Positions 8,920 through 18,115 of a stretch of 28,912 nucleotides of DNA are shown here, piece after piece; position 1 is the stretch's first letter, and each line of letters opens with the position of its first letter. The position numbers and the translations under genes are program-made. Source of the stretch: a virus (lineage: Duplodnaviria > Heunggongvirae > Uroviricota > Caudoviricetes); the IMG/VR virus record IMGVR_UViG_2579778564_000015, positions 1-28,912 of that record. One strand, written 5' to 3'. The notes beneath the pieces were generated by a model that saw nothing but the letters and a program-made list of their open reading frames with translations, ran no database searches and had not been told where the DNA came from.

Positions 8920-11900
8920 CTAGTTACGATTAGTATTTGGGTTTAGTGAACCGCCGCTCCGCTTCTCTTCCGCAATAGTATCAAGGACAATGGCTTTAAT
9001 CTGTCTTGCTGCGCCTCCCCATCTGGCTTCATCCATGCCACTCTCACTTGAACTTCCGTCACTGTTAACATTAATCGCAATATGGACAGGCGAAAAAACA
9101 GAGCCTTTCCCTGCACCACCTGTATTTAGTGTTACAGGAATAGAGCGACCATCAGGTAAGGGGACAAAAGCTTCGTTCATATCGCCTTCACCGTAGATTG
9201 CCAGCTGTGGAGAATCAGCAATTCCGCCTTTCTTGTATGCTCGCAATGGAATCACTCCGTCTTTACCGAAGATGCCGCCATTAGCGAACTTAGGAATGTT
9301 AGGAATACCGCTAGTTCCATCAGCAGCTGATCCGGTGAGATTGTTGAACCCTGAGTTAGAGCCGGAGGAACCAGATCCGATGTTATCGAAGCCACCACCA
9401 GCCCAGGCTGATACCAATCCGGAGGCTACGGTTGCGCCAAAACTTAACCATTTATTGCCAGAACCAGAGGCACTAGCGCCAAGCATGGCGAACGAGGCAG
9501 AAAGAGCGCCGGCCACCGAGCTAAGATTTTGCATGGAGAAGATGGAGGTTTTGACAGCTTTGGTTTCTGCGTCTTTAGCTTCTGTGCTACTGAACAACCC
9601 AGACACCCAGCTACCGATCGCGTTATTCGCTGAACCGATCGCATTAGCTGCCTGCTGTGTGGTCTGCCCTAAGCCAGATACCGAGCTGGATGTCTCCTTC
9701 GTAGCTTCACCTACAGACTTGTCACCATTAACCGTATTCATGCGGACGCCCTGGTTTGAGACTGCCGATGCTACACCTGCTAATAAATTGCCATTTTGAG
9801 AATTCCCAGCTGCCGTTGTTCCCATGCCCAGCACATTCATGAGAGGTAGAGTGATCTGCGTCTTAACAACCATGTTGGTGATGTCACGGAGAATGGATTC
9901 TGCCAGGCTGGAGAAGTTCATTTTCCCTTTCATGACGAAATCGGTAAGCGTATCCGTCATGTTACCGAACAGGTTGCTCCAGCTATTTTCCAACTGATCG
10001 GCTAGATTTTCATATTCCAGTGCCAGCTTCTGTGTAGCCGTACCGGTTTCTTTGATGAGCGCGGTGTTGCCTGCCGCCACCAGCTGGTTGATCTGCTTGG
10101 TGTATAGCGCCACGATTTTCGGATCAGAAGCCTGGTCCCGCAAATCCATCAACGCCTTCAGATTACGGTTGTAGGTATCGTTGAAATCGGCCACTTTCTC
10201 TTCGCGAGACGGCTTGTAACCCGCACTGATGATGGAATCGGATTCCGGCGCCCAAGTGGAGATCATCTGCTCGACGTTGCGGCGATTGAACATCTCGCGA
10301 TAGTCGTCGCTCGCGTTCGCCAGGTCAGCCAGGCGTGACTTGGCTTTGTCGATCATGTCCTGAGTGATGAACTCATTCGGTACGGCGTTGGCCAGTTCGG
10401 TCAGCGATTTGGTGGTATCGCGGAGAGACTGATCAAACGACACGGTCGCTTTTGAGCTTTCACCCATCTGCCCCATAAGCTGATCGGCTTTATCCAGAGC
10501 TTTCTGGTAGCCGGCCACCAGCTTACGCTGCGCATTTTCTTCCTTCCTCGCGGCACGCTGAGAAGCATTGGCAGTACGCTGCCCGGCTTTTTCCGCTGCT
10601 GCGGCGTCCTGCTCACGCGCTTTTGTAAGCGCTGCGATCGCTGCTGCACGTTCCTCATCGCTCATTTTCTCCAGAGAGCTGGCGCTGGAGGCTTTCTGCA
10701 GGTTCAACTGGGTTTTGAGCTGTTTAGGACCGATGATCGGCTTGCCCTCGAAGTCCATCATTGGCGTACCGTCTGGCAGTGTGCGCTGGTAGGTCGCGGA
10801 GTCCATCTGGTTCCGCATATACTGCGCCAGAGCTTTCTGGGCCGCCTTATCGGTCGTTCCCAAACCCAGAATGGTTCCCTGGTTGGACATTACGCCCTTA
10901 CCGGTTTTCGCCGCGTTATCACGCTCGAACTCCGCCTGAGTCAGCTCCTGAGCAACAGCTTCAAGATGCTCCTGATACCCACGGATGCTGCCTTGCAGCT
11001 TCTGAACCTGCTCGGTGTTCCCCTCTTTCTTCGCTTTCTCCAGCATGTCGCTGAAGTGGGCAATTTGCTTCTCGGTGGCGTTTTTACGAGAAGACAGGTC
11101 GTCGACAAGCTTCTGTGCAGGTTCCAGATAGGACTTGTTCACCTTCTCGCGAAGTGGTGCGAGTAGCTTGTTCTTCTCGTCGTCCGAAAGCGATTTGTCG
11201 TCGTTGATTTTCTGGATCTTATCCAGAGCCTCCTGACGGGCTTTCACAAATGTTGCAGAGAAGATCTGGTTATCTGCTCGGATTTTCTCAATCTGGGATT
11301 CAGCAGCCTCTTTTGCCAGACGTTTGGCCACCGCGCCATCACCTAGCGCCATCGTACCCGTGGTTTTTTCGTACTCTTCCTGATTTTTCTTCAGGCGAGC
11401 CTCAACAACCTCTTTGGACTCCTTCACGGCGACAGGGCCAGCCACTGTGGAGTAGTAGTTCACACTCTCGCCAGTTTTAAGCGCCTGCTTGTCTCGCTGG
11501 ATCTGCTTTTCAAGCTCGGCTGCACGCGCTGCCATCTGCGCACGCTTGGCCGCCGTCATCGCCTCCGGGATTTTGCGGATCTCATCCACGACTTTAGACG
11601 TTTCGTTGCGGAGCATGGTCATATACGTGATAAGACCGGCTACAGCCACGGTAGCTACGGTGAACGCAGCACCAATGGGGTTTGCTGCAATGAACGCAGT
11701 TAGCCCAGCAAACGCGCCCTGAAGCCCCGTAATCGCGCCACGGATAGCGAAGATCAGCGATGGGATTGGAGCCAGCCCCATACGAGCCGCGCGATTAAAG
11801 CGGGTGACAGCTGTAGCGCCCAGATTGAACGGAGCCTGTAGAACGGTCGACATCTTGGTAAATGTGTTAACCATTTGCCAGGCTGTACCAATCACGCCTG

Positions 11901-13518
11901 CAATCCCGGCACGCATCAGCTTGAACGCCACCATTGCAGCAACGACTTTGCCCAGGCTGATAACCAGTTCCTGGTTTTTAGCCAGCCACTGCGCCAGTTC
12001 GCGTAAGCCGTCGATCGCCGTGGATAGTCCGGAACCCAGCGAGTTAGCGAACGAAATACCTTCAGCGCTGTTCATTATGGAGGCCAGCTCTTTCATCCCT
12101 TTTGAGAGAGAATCCAAATAGCCCGCCTGACCGACGCGATCGGCAAACAGCGTAAAGGAAGTTTGCAGTTGCGCCAGTGCACCTGTGTAGGTCTGCATCA
12201 TGTCTTTGGCTGCGTTTTCATTTTCCGCCCGCAAACCAACAAACATAAGCGAAAGAGCCTGCTTCGCTTCAACAGTACCGCTTGAGACAGCTTTAGTAAG
12301 CTGTCCCATTGTTATACCTGCAGCATCAGCCATAGCTTTCATTGCGTTAGGAACAGCTTCGCCTAATTGTTGACGCAACTCTTCCATCGACACAACGCCC
12401 TTGCCAGACATCTGTTGGATGGCAATGGCTGCACGTTTTAGCAACTCACTATCGCCACCAAAACGAGCTACTGAATCAACCAATGCCTTCAACGAACCAT
12501 CTGTAGGGTCTAAACCAGCAGAGCGAAACTTCACAAACGAATCGGTCAAGGCTTGCATCGCAAACGGCGCATTCTGGGCCATATTAACGATGTATTGCAT
12601 GTCTTCGGCCGCAGCTTTGCCAGGGTTGTTTTTTTCCTTATTCAATCCACGCAGCATGACACGCATTCGCTGCATTTCAGCAGCCGCATCAATTATAGGT
12701 TTCTGCCACCCAAACAGGATATCCGTTACCGTTCTTGCAGCATCGCCTATTTCACCAAGCAGGAAAATATTGCCTCGAAGACCAGAAAACATCCCACCTT
12801 CATTACCTCTCCCTCTATGAGCAGAGAATTTACTATGTCTGCCATTGCCGCCAATTCCTGAACCGCCATCTCCTCCAGAGGTTCGTACACGTACTGGCTT
12901 GCTGATCAAATGCTGACGATCGATAACTGCATCCATCTGATCACGAACTTTTTTCAGCCCCTCGGCAGCCTGGTTAGTCGTTACGCCCCAATTGCTGAGT
13001 CGCTTAGTCGTGGCATTCAGACGCGTATTCATGCCACTGACGGATGAAGAGGTCTCTTTAATCTCCGTACCAAAGTGTCTGGCGCTCTTGCTCGCGAACG
13101 TAGCCCAATCGGAAAACTCATTAAGTTCTGACTGGACCTTACGAAGTGATGTAGTTAGCTTATTAACAGATGAGGTGGTGGTGTCGACGCGCTCAATAAG
13201 GTTTTTTAACCCAGAATTGAGGCTTGTAATGTTGCTGCGCGTCCTACGCGAAGCATCGGAAATAAGCTCGAAGCCAGCAGCTACATCCTGTAGTTTATCT
13301 GCCGTTGCTTCGAGCTTGGATTCCAGAACGCCAATGATACGGGAGACCGAACCCAAAGAGCGTTCCAGATTGTTAATTTTCTGAGCAGGCTTCGTTGCCT
13401 TCTCACCGAATTTGGTAAGTAACTTACCCGCCCGGTCTATTGACGCTGTAAACTTCTTGTCTTCCAGCGACAGGATAAACTCTACGTTTTGTGACATTCC
13501 CTTGTCATCCTTTGCCAA
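8920..13518 (-). CDS. Tail tape measure protein (1532 aa)
   Basis: Long Ala-rich helical protein with a tape-measure domain (QNAPFAMQALTDSFVKFRSAG, ELRQQLGEAVP) and C-terminal KFANGG...GEGDMNEAFVPL; canonical position. Confidence 0.95.
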   Translation of the reverse strand: MAKDDKGMSQNVEFILSLEDKKFTASIDRAGKLLTKFGEKATKPAQKINNLERSLGSVSRIIGVLESKLEATADKLQDVAAGFELISDASRRTRSNITSLNSGLKNLIERVDTTTSSVNKLTTSLRKVQSELNEFSDWATFASKSARHFGTEIKETSSSVSGMNTRLNATTKRLSNWGVTTNQAAEGLKKVRDQMDAVIDRQHLISKPVRVRTSGGDGGSGIGGNGRHSKFSAHRGRGNEGGMFSGLRGNIFLLGEIGDAARTVTDILFGWQKPIIDAAAEMQRMRVMLRGLNKEKNNPGKAAAEDMQYIVNMAQNAPFAMQALTDSFVKFRSAGLDPTDGSLKALVDSVARFGGDSELLKRAAIAIQQMSGKGVVSMEELRQQLGEAVPNAMKAMADAAGITMGQLTKAVSSGTVEAKQALSLMFVGLRAENENAAKDMMQTYTGALAQLQTSFTLFADRVGQAGYLDSLSKGMKELASIMNSAEGISFANSLGSGLSTAIDGLRELAQWLAKNQELVISLGKVVAAMVAFKLMRAGIAGVIGTAWQMVNTFTKMSTVLQAPFNLGATAVTRFNRAARMGLAPIPSLIFAIRGAITGLQGAFAGLTAFIAANPIGAAFTVATVAVAGLITYMTMLRNETSKVVDEIRKIPEAMTAAKRAQMAARAAELEKQIQRDKQALKTGESVNYYSTVAGPVAVKESKEVVEARLKKNQEEYEKTTGTMALGDGAVAKRLAKEAAESQIEKIRADNQIFSATFVKARQEALDKIQKINDDKSLSDDEKNKLLAPLREKVNKSYLEPAQKLVDDLSSRKNATEKQIAHFSDMLEKAKKEGNTEQVQKLQGSIRGYQEHLEAVAQELTQAEFERDNAAKTGKGVMSNQGTILGLGTTDKAAQKALAQYMRNQMDSATYQRTLPDGTPMMDFEGKPIIGPKQLKTQLNLQKASSASSLEKMSDEERAAAIAALTKAREQDAAAAEKAGQRTANASQRAARKEENAQRKLVAGYQKALDKADQLMGQMGESSKATVSFDQSLRDTTKSLTELANAVPNEFITQDMIDKAKSRLADLANASDDYREMFNRRNVEQMISTWAPESDSIISAGYKPSREEKVADFNDTYNRNLKALMDLRDQASDPKIVALYTKQINQLVAAGNTALIKETGTATQKLALEYENLADQLENSWSNLFGNMTDTLTDFVMKGKMNFSSLAESILRDITNMVVKTQITLPLMNVLGMGTTAAGNSQNGNLLAGVASAVSNQGVRMNTVNGDKSVGEATKETSSSVSGLGQTTQQAANAIGSANNAIGSWVSGLFSSTEAKDAETKAVKTSIFSMQNLSSVAGALSASFAMLGASASGSGNKWLSFGATVASGLVSAWAGGGFDNIGSGSSGSNSGFNNLTGSAADGTSGIPNIPKFANGGIFGKDGVIPLRAYKKGGIADSPQLAIYGEGDMNEAFVPLPDGRSIPVTLNTGGAGKGSVFSPVHIAINVNSDGSSSESGMDEARWGGAARQIKAIVLDTIAEEKRSGGSLNPNTNRN

Positions 13519-13858
13519 AAATTTGCATCAGTTGCTCTTTGGCGTCAGGGTCTGCCTTATCCTTACGTGGATCGTAGACTTTATCGGTAACGACTGGTCT
13601 TCCAATCCTGAGTTGCAAACCCTCCATGAACGCCTTCACACCATCGCCATCTGCCTGGGCGACGCGAGCGACTTGTAGATTGCGGACATCCTCTTCCGCA
13701 CGTAGACGGTCGATGTTGCGACTGAGCATCCAGAACATCGTAAGAGGGACGCCCAGCAGCTCTATTGGCGACACAGCGTAGTGAGCAACTACACGACTGA
13801 AATAGAATCCAAGATCTATCGAGACGGTCTTTATCCCGGATTCATCGCGGGAAACTAC
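13505..13858 (-). CDS. Tail assembly chaperone C-terminal part (lambda T-like), probably made as a -1 frameshift fusion
   Basis: The frame of ORF 13505-13774 stays open upstream into the last codons of the preceding gene, adding VVSRDESGIKTVSIDLGFYFSRVVAHYA. No RBS/ATG evident at the listed GTG start. Confidence 0.75.
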   Translation of the reverse strand, partial: VVSRDESGIKTVSIDLGFYFSRVVAHYAVSPIELLGVPLTMFWMLSRNIDRLRAEEDVRNLQVARVAQADGDGVKAFMEGLQLRIGRPVVTDKVYDPRKDKADPDAKEQLMQIFGKG

Positions 13859-13864
13859 TTTGCC
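13834..13864 (-). other. Candidate programmed -1 frameshift signal: G GCA AAG TAG plus downstream stem-loop
   Basis: GGCAAAG at 13864-13858; TCCCG-N9-CGGGA stem at 13852-13834; a -1-frame TGA just upstream confines the shift to these few codons. Confidence 0.65.
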
Positions 13865-14172
13865 TCTTCACCAGCCGCTTTTTCGTTCTCTTCATCAATC
13901 ACTTCCATAGCGAAGGTGAAGATCTGCTGAAGCTGCGGAACAGTCAGTTTTTCCAGCACTGCATCAGGTACGGATGGGATTACCTTGCGCACAAGATCGG
14001 CATATGCAGTAACCTGCTCTACCGGGGACATATTTTGAATATCTTTGCCTTCCATCTGTTTGATGGAAACAAACAGACCAACCGTCATTTCAACGATGGG
14101 GTACTCCTGACCGCCGAACTTAATACTTTTTTTCGGAGGCAGAATAGAATCGAGATCGAGTAATTTGGTCAT
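13855..14172 (-). CDS. Tail assembly chaperone (lambda G-like, 105 aa)
   Basis: Small acidic protein between tail tube and tape measure genes; AAAGGAA RBS. Confidence 0.8.
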   Translation of the reverse strand: MTKLLDLDSILPPKKSIKFGGQEYPIVEMTVGLFVSIKQMEGKDIQNMSPVEQVTAYADLVRKVIPSVPDAVLEKLTVPQLQQIFTFAMEVIDEENEKAAGEEAK

Positions 14173-14194
14173 TGGTTAAATTCCTTTTAGAAGC

Positions 14195-14213
14195 GAGGCT
14201 CTTCCTGAGCCTC
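14195..14213 (-). terminator. Hairpin GAGGCTC-N5-GAGCCTC after the major tail gene
   Basis: 7-bp stem just after the stop; weak U-tract, consistent with partial termination. Confidence 0.5.
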
Positions 14214-14220
14214 AACTTAA

Positions 14221-14967
14221 TTAACTAGCTGCATTTACCGTTACAGCTTTGGTCGCTTTCTTATTGCCGCTATTGCTGGTGAAGGAGATGTTCGCAGAGC
14301 CTTCAGCTACACCACGAACAAGGCCACCCTGATCTACGGTTGCTTTATCTTCATTTTCTGAAGCCCATACCCCACTTTTATCGCCGGCATCAGCAGGGGT
14401 AATTTCAGCAGTCAGCTGTACAGTTTCACCAACCTTAACCGTAGGTCTTTCAGGTGAAAGAGACACAGCCTTAACCTGCTTTGGGCCGCTCATTTTCCCC
14501 AGAACACCGTCATCATCCGGATATGCAGTGAACTGAACGGAGAAAACGCGAACATCATCAGACTGGTAGGTCATGGTGAAGTTGCCTGCAGTTGCGGCTT
14601 TCGGAATTGTCAGAACGTAGTCGGTCGTATCCTGCGGGGTCAGAATCAACTCTTTAGCAACGTCGATCAGGTTGACGCCCTGGGCAGAAGTAATGGTCAC
14701 AGAATTGTCTTCTTCGCTCATGGTTGAACCTGGCATCAAATCGACCATGTTCCGCAACACAGACTCAGCCAGCGGTGCCGTGATGGTAATGTTACGACCC
14801 TGAACAAGTTCAGACATAGTGGTCTGACCATGCTGGTCGACAGTAACCTTCAAAGTCTCAGTCGCAACCTCGACCTGAACACCGCCTTTGGTGTAACCCA
14901 GATCTACACCACCAAACGACACTTTACATGCGCCAAGTTTGATGTTTTTTACATGGGTATTGGACAT
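14221..14967 (-). CDS. Major tail tube protein with C-terminal Ig-like (Big_2) domain (248 aa)
   Basis: NIKLGACKVSFGGVDLGYTKGGVQVEV tube-like N-terminus; VSLSPERPTVKVGETVQLTAEITP...VWASENEDKATVDQGGLVRGVAEG Big_2 pattern; AAGGAG RBS. Confidence 0.88.
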   Translation of the reverse strand: MSNTHVKNIKLGACKVSFGGVDLGYTKGGVQVEVATETLKVTVDQHGQTTMSELVQGRNITITAPLAESVLRNMVDLMPGSTMSEEDNSVTITSAQGVNLIDVAKELILTPQDTTDYVLTIPKAATAGNFTMTYQSDDVRVFSVQFTAYPDDDGVLGKMSGPKQVKAVSLSPERPTVKVGETVQLTAEITPADAGDKSGVWASENEDKATVDQGGLVRGVAEGSANISFTSNSGNKKATKAVTVNAAS

Positions 14968-15012
14968 TGTTGGAAAACTCCTTTTTCCGTTAAATCAGCA
15001 CTTTTTGCGCTC

Positions 15013-15034
15013 TCGATAAGTATATACTTACTTA
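15013..15034. promoter_or_regulatory. Palindromic motif copy 3 (TCGATAAGTA-TA-TACTTACTTA), upstream of the major tail gene
   Basis: Perfect TAAGTA-N2-TACTTA core; 45 nt from the ATG. Confidence 0.75.
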
Positions 15035-15039
15035 TTTTA

Positions 15040-15423
15040 TTAATTCAATAAATAGCCAGCAAATTCAACAGGAATACCTGACTCTATTAACGCACCTTCG
15101 TTTTTGGGATATGTGATAGGCATAGACATTGGCCTAATCAGACGAAAATAAACATTATCGGCTATCGTTTCCTCTACAGGGAACATTTCCATAATTTTAT
15201 TAGCCTTACTCACAGCTCTTGTTATCGTCGAGTTACGCACGATAATTGTAAAGGAGTCGTGGTAAAACCCTTTCAGTTCATGATCAATTGATATACCCGT
15301 ATTTGGGTTAATTAGCAGCACGCCTGACTTTACACTGGCAGGCATGTAATGGCAGAAAATATCTGTTCCTACAACACCTATTTTTGCCTTCTGCATGAGA
15401 CTAGCAAATGCTTCGATAAACAC
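15040..15423 (-). CDS. Probable tail terminator / tail completion protein (127 aa)
   Basis: Size and position directly before the tail tube gene; VGTDIFCHYMP motif. Confidence 0.6.
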   Translation of the reverse strand: MFIEAFASLMQKAKIGVVGTDIFCHYMPASVKSGVLLINPNTGISIDHELKGFYHDSFTIIVRNSTITRAVSKANKIMEMFPVEETIADNVYFRLIRPMSMPITYPKNEGALIESGIPVEFAGYLLN

Positions 15424-15424
15424 A

Positions 15425-15898
15425 TCAACCTCTCGTAAAACCTGCTTTCCTTGCCGCTACAGCGATCGTCTGTGCGAACTGTTTTTCACTTATCTGAGTG
15501 GCTCTTTCAAGGAATAAAGGCCCAACTCGCGGCTTCACTCCTGCTATTGGCGGATTGGTGACACTCTTCATGCGAGAAAGATAGCCAAGACGATATTTTC
15601 CCAACTCCATATACTCCGCATAATCACCAACCTCAACTCCTGGGTGCTCTTCTCGCGACTTTGCGCCTGATACAGACAGCTCGATACGTAGCCCTGAATA
15701 TCCCTCTTTTATGACACGAGCAAAAATGGCACTTTCCAGCGAACCGGTCTCGATTGGAGCCATTGCACGAGCCAGACGTTCGACCAGTCTGGAAAGTTTC
15801 TCCATATCGCGGATCAAGTAGCGCTTGAAGGCTTTCTGGCTGTTATTAAGTCTATCTCCGGCACGCTTAAACTGATGTGCATCATACTTTAAACCCAT
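15425..15898 (-). CDS. Probable neck / tail completion protein, HK97 gp10-like (157 aa)
   Basis: ARAMAPIETGSLESAI, YAEYMELG and GPLFLERA motifs typical of this family. Confidence 0.7.
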   Translation of the reverse strand: MGLKYDAHQFKRAGDRLNNSQKAFKRYLIRDMEKLSRLVERLARAMAPIETGSLESAIFARVIKEGYSGLRIELSVSGAKSREEHPGVEVGDYAEYMELGKYRLGYLSRMKSVTNPPIAGVKPRVGPLFLERATQISEKQFAQTIAVAARKAGFTRG

Positions 15899-16233
15899 AT
15901 ATTTGCCCCCACTTCAAGATGCCCAGGGCGCCCACGCAGCCCCCAGCGACGATGTACACTTGATACTTTCAGTTTCTGCCCTTCAAGAATCAGCACATCA
16001 TCCAATTGCACTGCTGCTTCAAGTGGAATAACTAATACCGCATCGAACAACTCCAGATTCGCTTTACCACGACTACCTGAACTATCAGCTCGTACAGATG
16101 ATTTTTCGTTGCTTTGTTCAAATTTAACTACGCCTGCGTTCGTCTTTCTAATGAATTGCAATTGTGCTTCACCGTAAACATTTTTCGAACCAAAACGATA
16201 AACTGATAATTCGGTTTGCCATGAAATATTCAT
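15889..16233 (-). CDS. Probable head closure (stopper) protein (114 aa)
   Basis: Beta-rich small protein after the adaptor. Start moved to ATG 16233 (GAGGG RBS). Confidence 0.55.
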   Translation of the reverse strand: MNISWQTELSVYRFGSKNVYGEAQLQFIRKTNAGVVKFEQSNEKSSVRADSSGSRGKANLELFDAVLVIPLEAAVQLDDVLILEGQKLKVSSVHRRWGLRGRPGHLEVGANIWV

Positions 16234-16252
16234 CCACTTTCCCTCGTGATGA

Positions 16253-16327
16253 TCGCCACACTTAATACCAGGCAAAGGCGCGATTTCTCGTCTTGAGCCG
16301 TTTGACCAGAAGTAAATTATGTGGCGA
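16253..16327 (-). other. Putative 75-nt structured RNA element in an intergenic spacer
   Basis: TCGCCACA/TGTGGCGA 8-bp outer stem and nested stems capped by CGA-GAAA-TCG; folded by eye only. Confidence 0.4.
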
Positions 16328-16330
16328 GCG

Positions 16331-17164
16331 CTACGCACGGCGAACAATCATGCGATTGTTGATGTAGCTGGTCAGCAGCCGCCAAGTACTGCGTGCCACT
16401 CTTACGTTTGCCGCCTTACCGGTTCTATACATATTGGTGGTTTCACCAATAGACTCAGACAAGATGCCGTCCTCTCGTGCTGCCGCCACGTCATTGCCGT
16501 TAGCGATCTCGCAGGCTTCGTTTACCACGGCCAGCATCAACGCTTCCTTGAAGTAGTCCGGTAATTCATCAAACTTATCTTGTGTCATTCGCTCCCAGTC
16601 GACAAGATCGTGACGATATACACCATCAACGCCCCACGGAATGTCATAGACGTTCAGCATATTCTGCGGGCGCTCATACCGGTCGAAGTCGATACGCAAA
16701 ATCTTACGAATGGAAAACGGCAGTGTTTTGACTCGTCTGGTGGCTTCGATAAGACGTTTGCGCATCAACCCTTCGCCATCTGCCAGCAGCGTGTCACCAT
16801 TTAGCATATCAATAGCTTGCATCTGAGCATCAGCCACTGTTGCGAACGATTGCCCAGGGATTAAAAGCTCAAAGTTGTTAAGCAGAACGTACATTTTGCG
16901 TTCTTCATGCGTCAGCCCTGAAGCAGTCGCTTTAACAATCACATGACGAAGATCACGCTCTTTTTCAGAAAGCTGGTTGTGATCGGCCGACACGACAACC
17001 GGAATAGACATCTGACCTTCGGTAATCTCAATTGGCTCATCACTTATTAAGATACTCCCTTCACTGTCTTTGACGGTGTAAGTGGCCGACTGGATATCCA
17101 GAATGTTAAATGAAAATGAAAGAGAAACAGCTTCCCCACTACGGTACGTGTCGATCTGCGCCAT
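16331..17164 (-). CDS. Probable head-tail adaptor protein with an extra N-terminal domain (277 aa)
   Basis: C-terminal FATVADA...LIEATRRV...GILSESIGETTNMY pattern resembles adaptor proteins. ATG 17164 overlaps the upstream TGA. Confidence 0.6.
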   Translation of the reverse strand: MAQIDTYRSGEAVSLSFSFNILDIQSATYTVKDSEGSILISDEPIEITEGQMSIPVVVSADHNQLSEKERDLRHVIVKATASGLTHEERKMYVLLNNFELLIPGQSFATVADAQMQAIDMLNGDTLLADGEGLMRKRLIEATRRVKTLPFSIRKILRIDFDRYERPQNMLNVYDIPWGVDGVYRHDLVDWERMTQDKFDELPDYFKEALMLAVVNEACEIANGNDVAAAREDGILSESIGETTNMYRTGKAANVRVARSTWRLLTSYINNRMIVRRA

Positions 17165-17598
17165 CACTCACCGCCCTGTGCATTCAGTATGCTTTCAATC
17201 ATTTCACTGATTCCTTTAGCTTTAACGCCGATCTGATTGCCTATCTGACGCAAACCTGCAATACCTTCGCAATCAGCGATAGACTCCAGCTCTTCACGGG
17301 TAAAATGTGGTAATGGTTTGTCTGTAACTTCATTAGCACCACGCTGCATAGGTACAATATCAGGGGCGACAGGCTCTACAATCTGATCCGCAACAAGCTC
17401 ATTACGACGACTATATGCCGCGGAAGGGGAGACATTTATCCCATCTTCGGTAGAAGCTCGCATTGACGCACAAATCCGCTGCTGATCGACAAACGGAAGA
17501 TCTATTACAGATATACCGTTTTCAAACTGAATGCCGCATAGAATTCCCGTATAGCCCACAAACTGGGGTTCTAATAAACGAATTTTTGCTGGTTTCAT
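17164..17598 (-). CDS. Hypothetical head-associated protein (144 aa), paralogue of the adjacent gene
   Basis: N-terminal FxxYTGxxCxxxFxNxIS motif shared with 17638-18069; short helical C-terminal domain. Confidence 0.55.
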   Translation of the reverse strand: MKPAKIRLLEPQFVGYTGILCGIQFENGISVIDLPFVDQQRICASMRASTEDGINVSPSAAYSRRNELVADQIVEPVAPDIVPMQRGANEVTDKPLPHFTREELESIADCEGIAGLRQIGNQIGVKAKGISEMIESILNAQGGE

Positions 17599-17637
17599 AG
17601 TTTCTCGCTTATGAGCGGCAGTGCCGCCCAGGTAATA

Positions 17638-18069
17638 TTACGCAGCTGGAGATTCAGCTACTTCAACAGAAACAGGTTTTACTATTAGTTCCACCGTTTC
17701 TGACAGATTTGTTTCTATGTCTGTTGCAGTAATCTGGACTGTCCCAGGCGCTACACCAGTAACCAATCCAGATGTGCTAACGGTAGCGATCTTGGCGTTA
17801 GCGCTTTTCCACGTAAATGAACCTGCACTTTTGCTCATAGTGATATCTGCCTTTAATTGCACTGTCTTCCCTACCAACACAGATGGCGAAGTAGGTGTGA
17901 TGGTTAAGGTTTGAGTAAACGGAACGGCCTTGAGACAAGCAGCAAGATAATTCTGCTGACGCTCGCTTAAAGACTCGTTAGAAATGGAATTAGTAAATAC
18001 TGCTCTACACATGTGGCCTGTATAGTCAGAAAATGCTTCTTCCGTAATTTTCATCTTTCGTTCTGACAT
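17638..18069 (-). CDS. Ig-like (Big_2) domain protein, probable capsid decoration (143 aa)
   Basis: LTITPTSPSVLVGKTVQLKA...FTWKSANAKIATVSTSGLVTGVAPGTVQITAT; directly after the capsid gene; AGGAG RBS. Confidence 0.8.
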   Translation of the reverse strand: MSERKMKITEEAFSDYTGHMCRAVFTNSISNESLSERQQNYLAACLKAVPFTQTLTITPTSPSVLVGKTVQLKADITMSKSAGSFTWKSANAKIATVSTSGLVTGVAPGTVQITATDIETNLSETVELIVKPVSVEVAESPAA

Positions 18070-18085
18070 TCCTCGCTCCTACAAA

Positions 18086-18110
18086 AAGGGTGGGCGCTTA
18101 GCCCACCCTT
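18086..18110 (-). terminator. Rho-independent terminator after the major capsid gene
   Basis: Minus strand AAGGGTGGGC-TAAGC-GCCCACCCTT followed by TTTGT. Confidence 0.8.
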
Positions 18111-18115
18111 AAAAG

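Noticed and set aside
9840-12200. Apparently higher GC in the middle of the tape measure gene, suggesting a recombined segment
   Set aside because: Spot counts ranged from about 47% to 65% and overlapped the flanks; needs a sliding-window calculation.
17613-17630. Small GC-rich hairpin between the two paralogous head genes
   Set aside because: 3-nt loop and no U-tract; no function can be supported.
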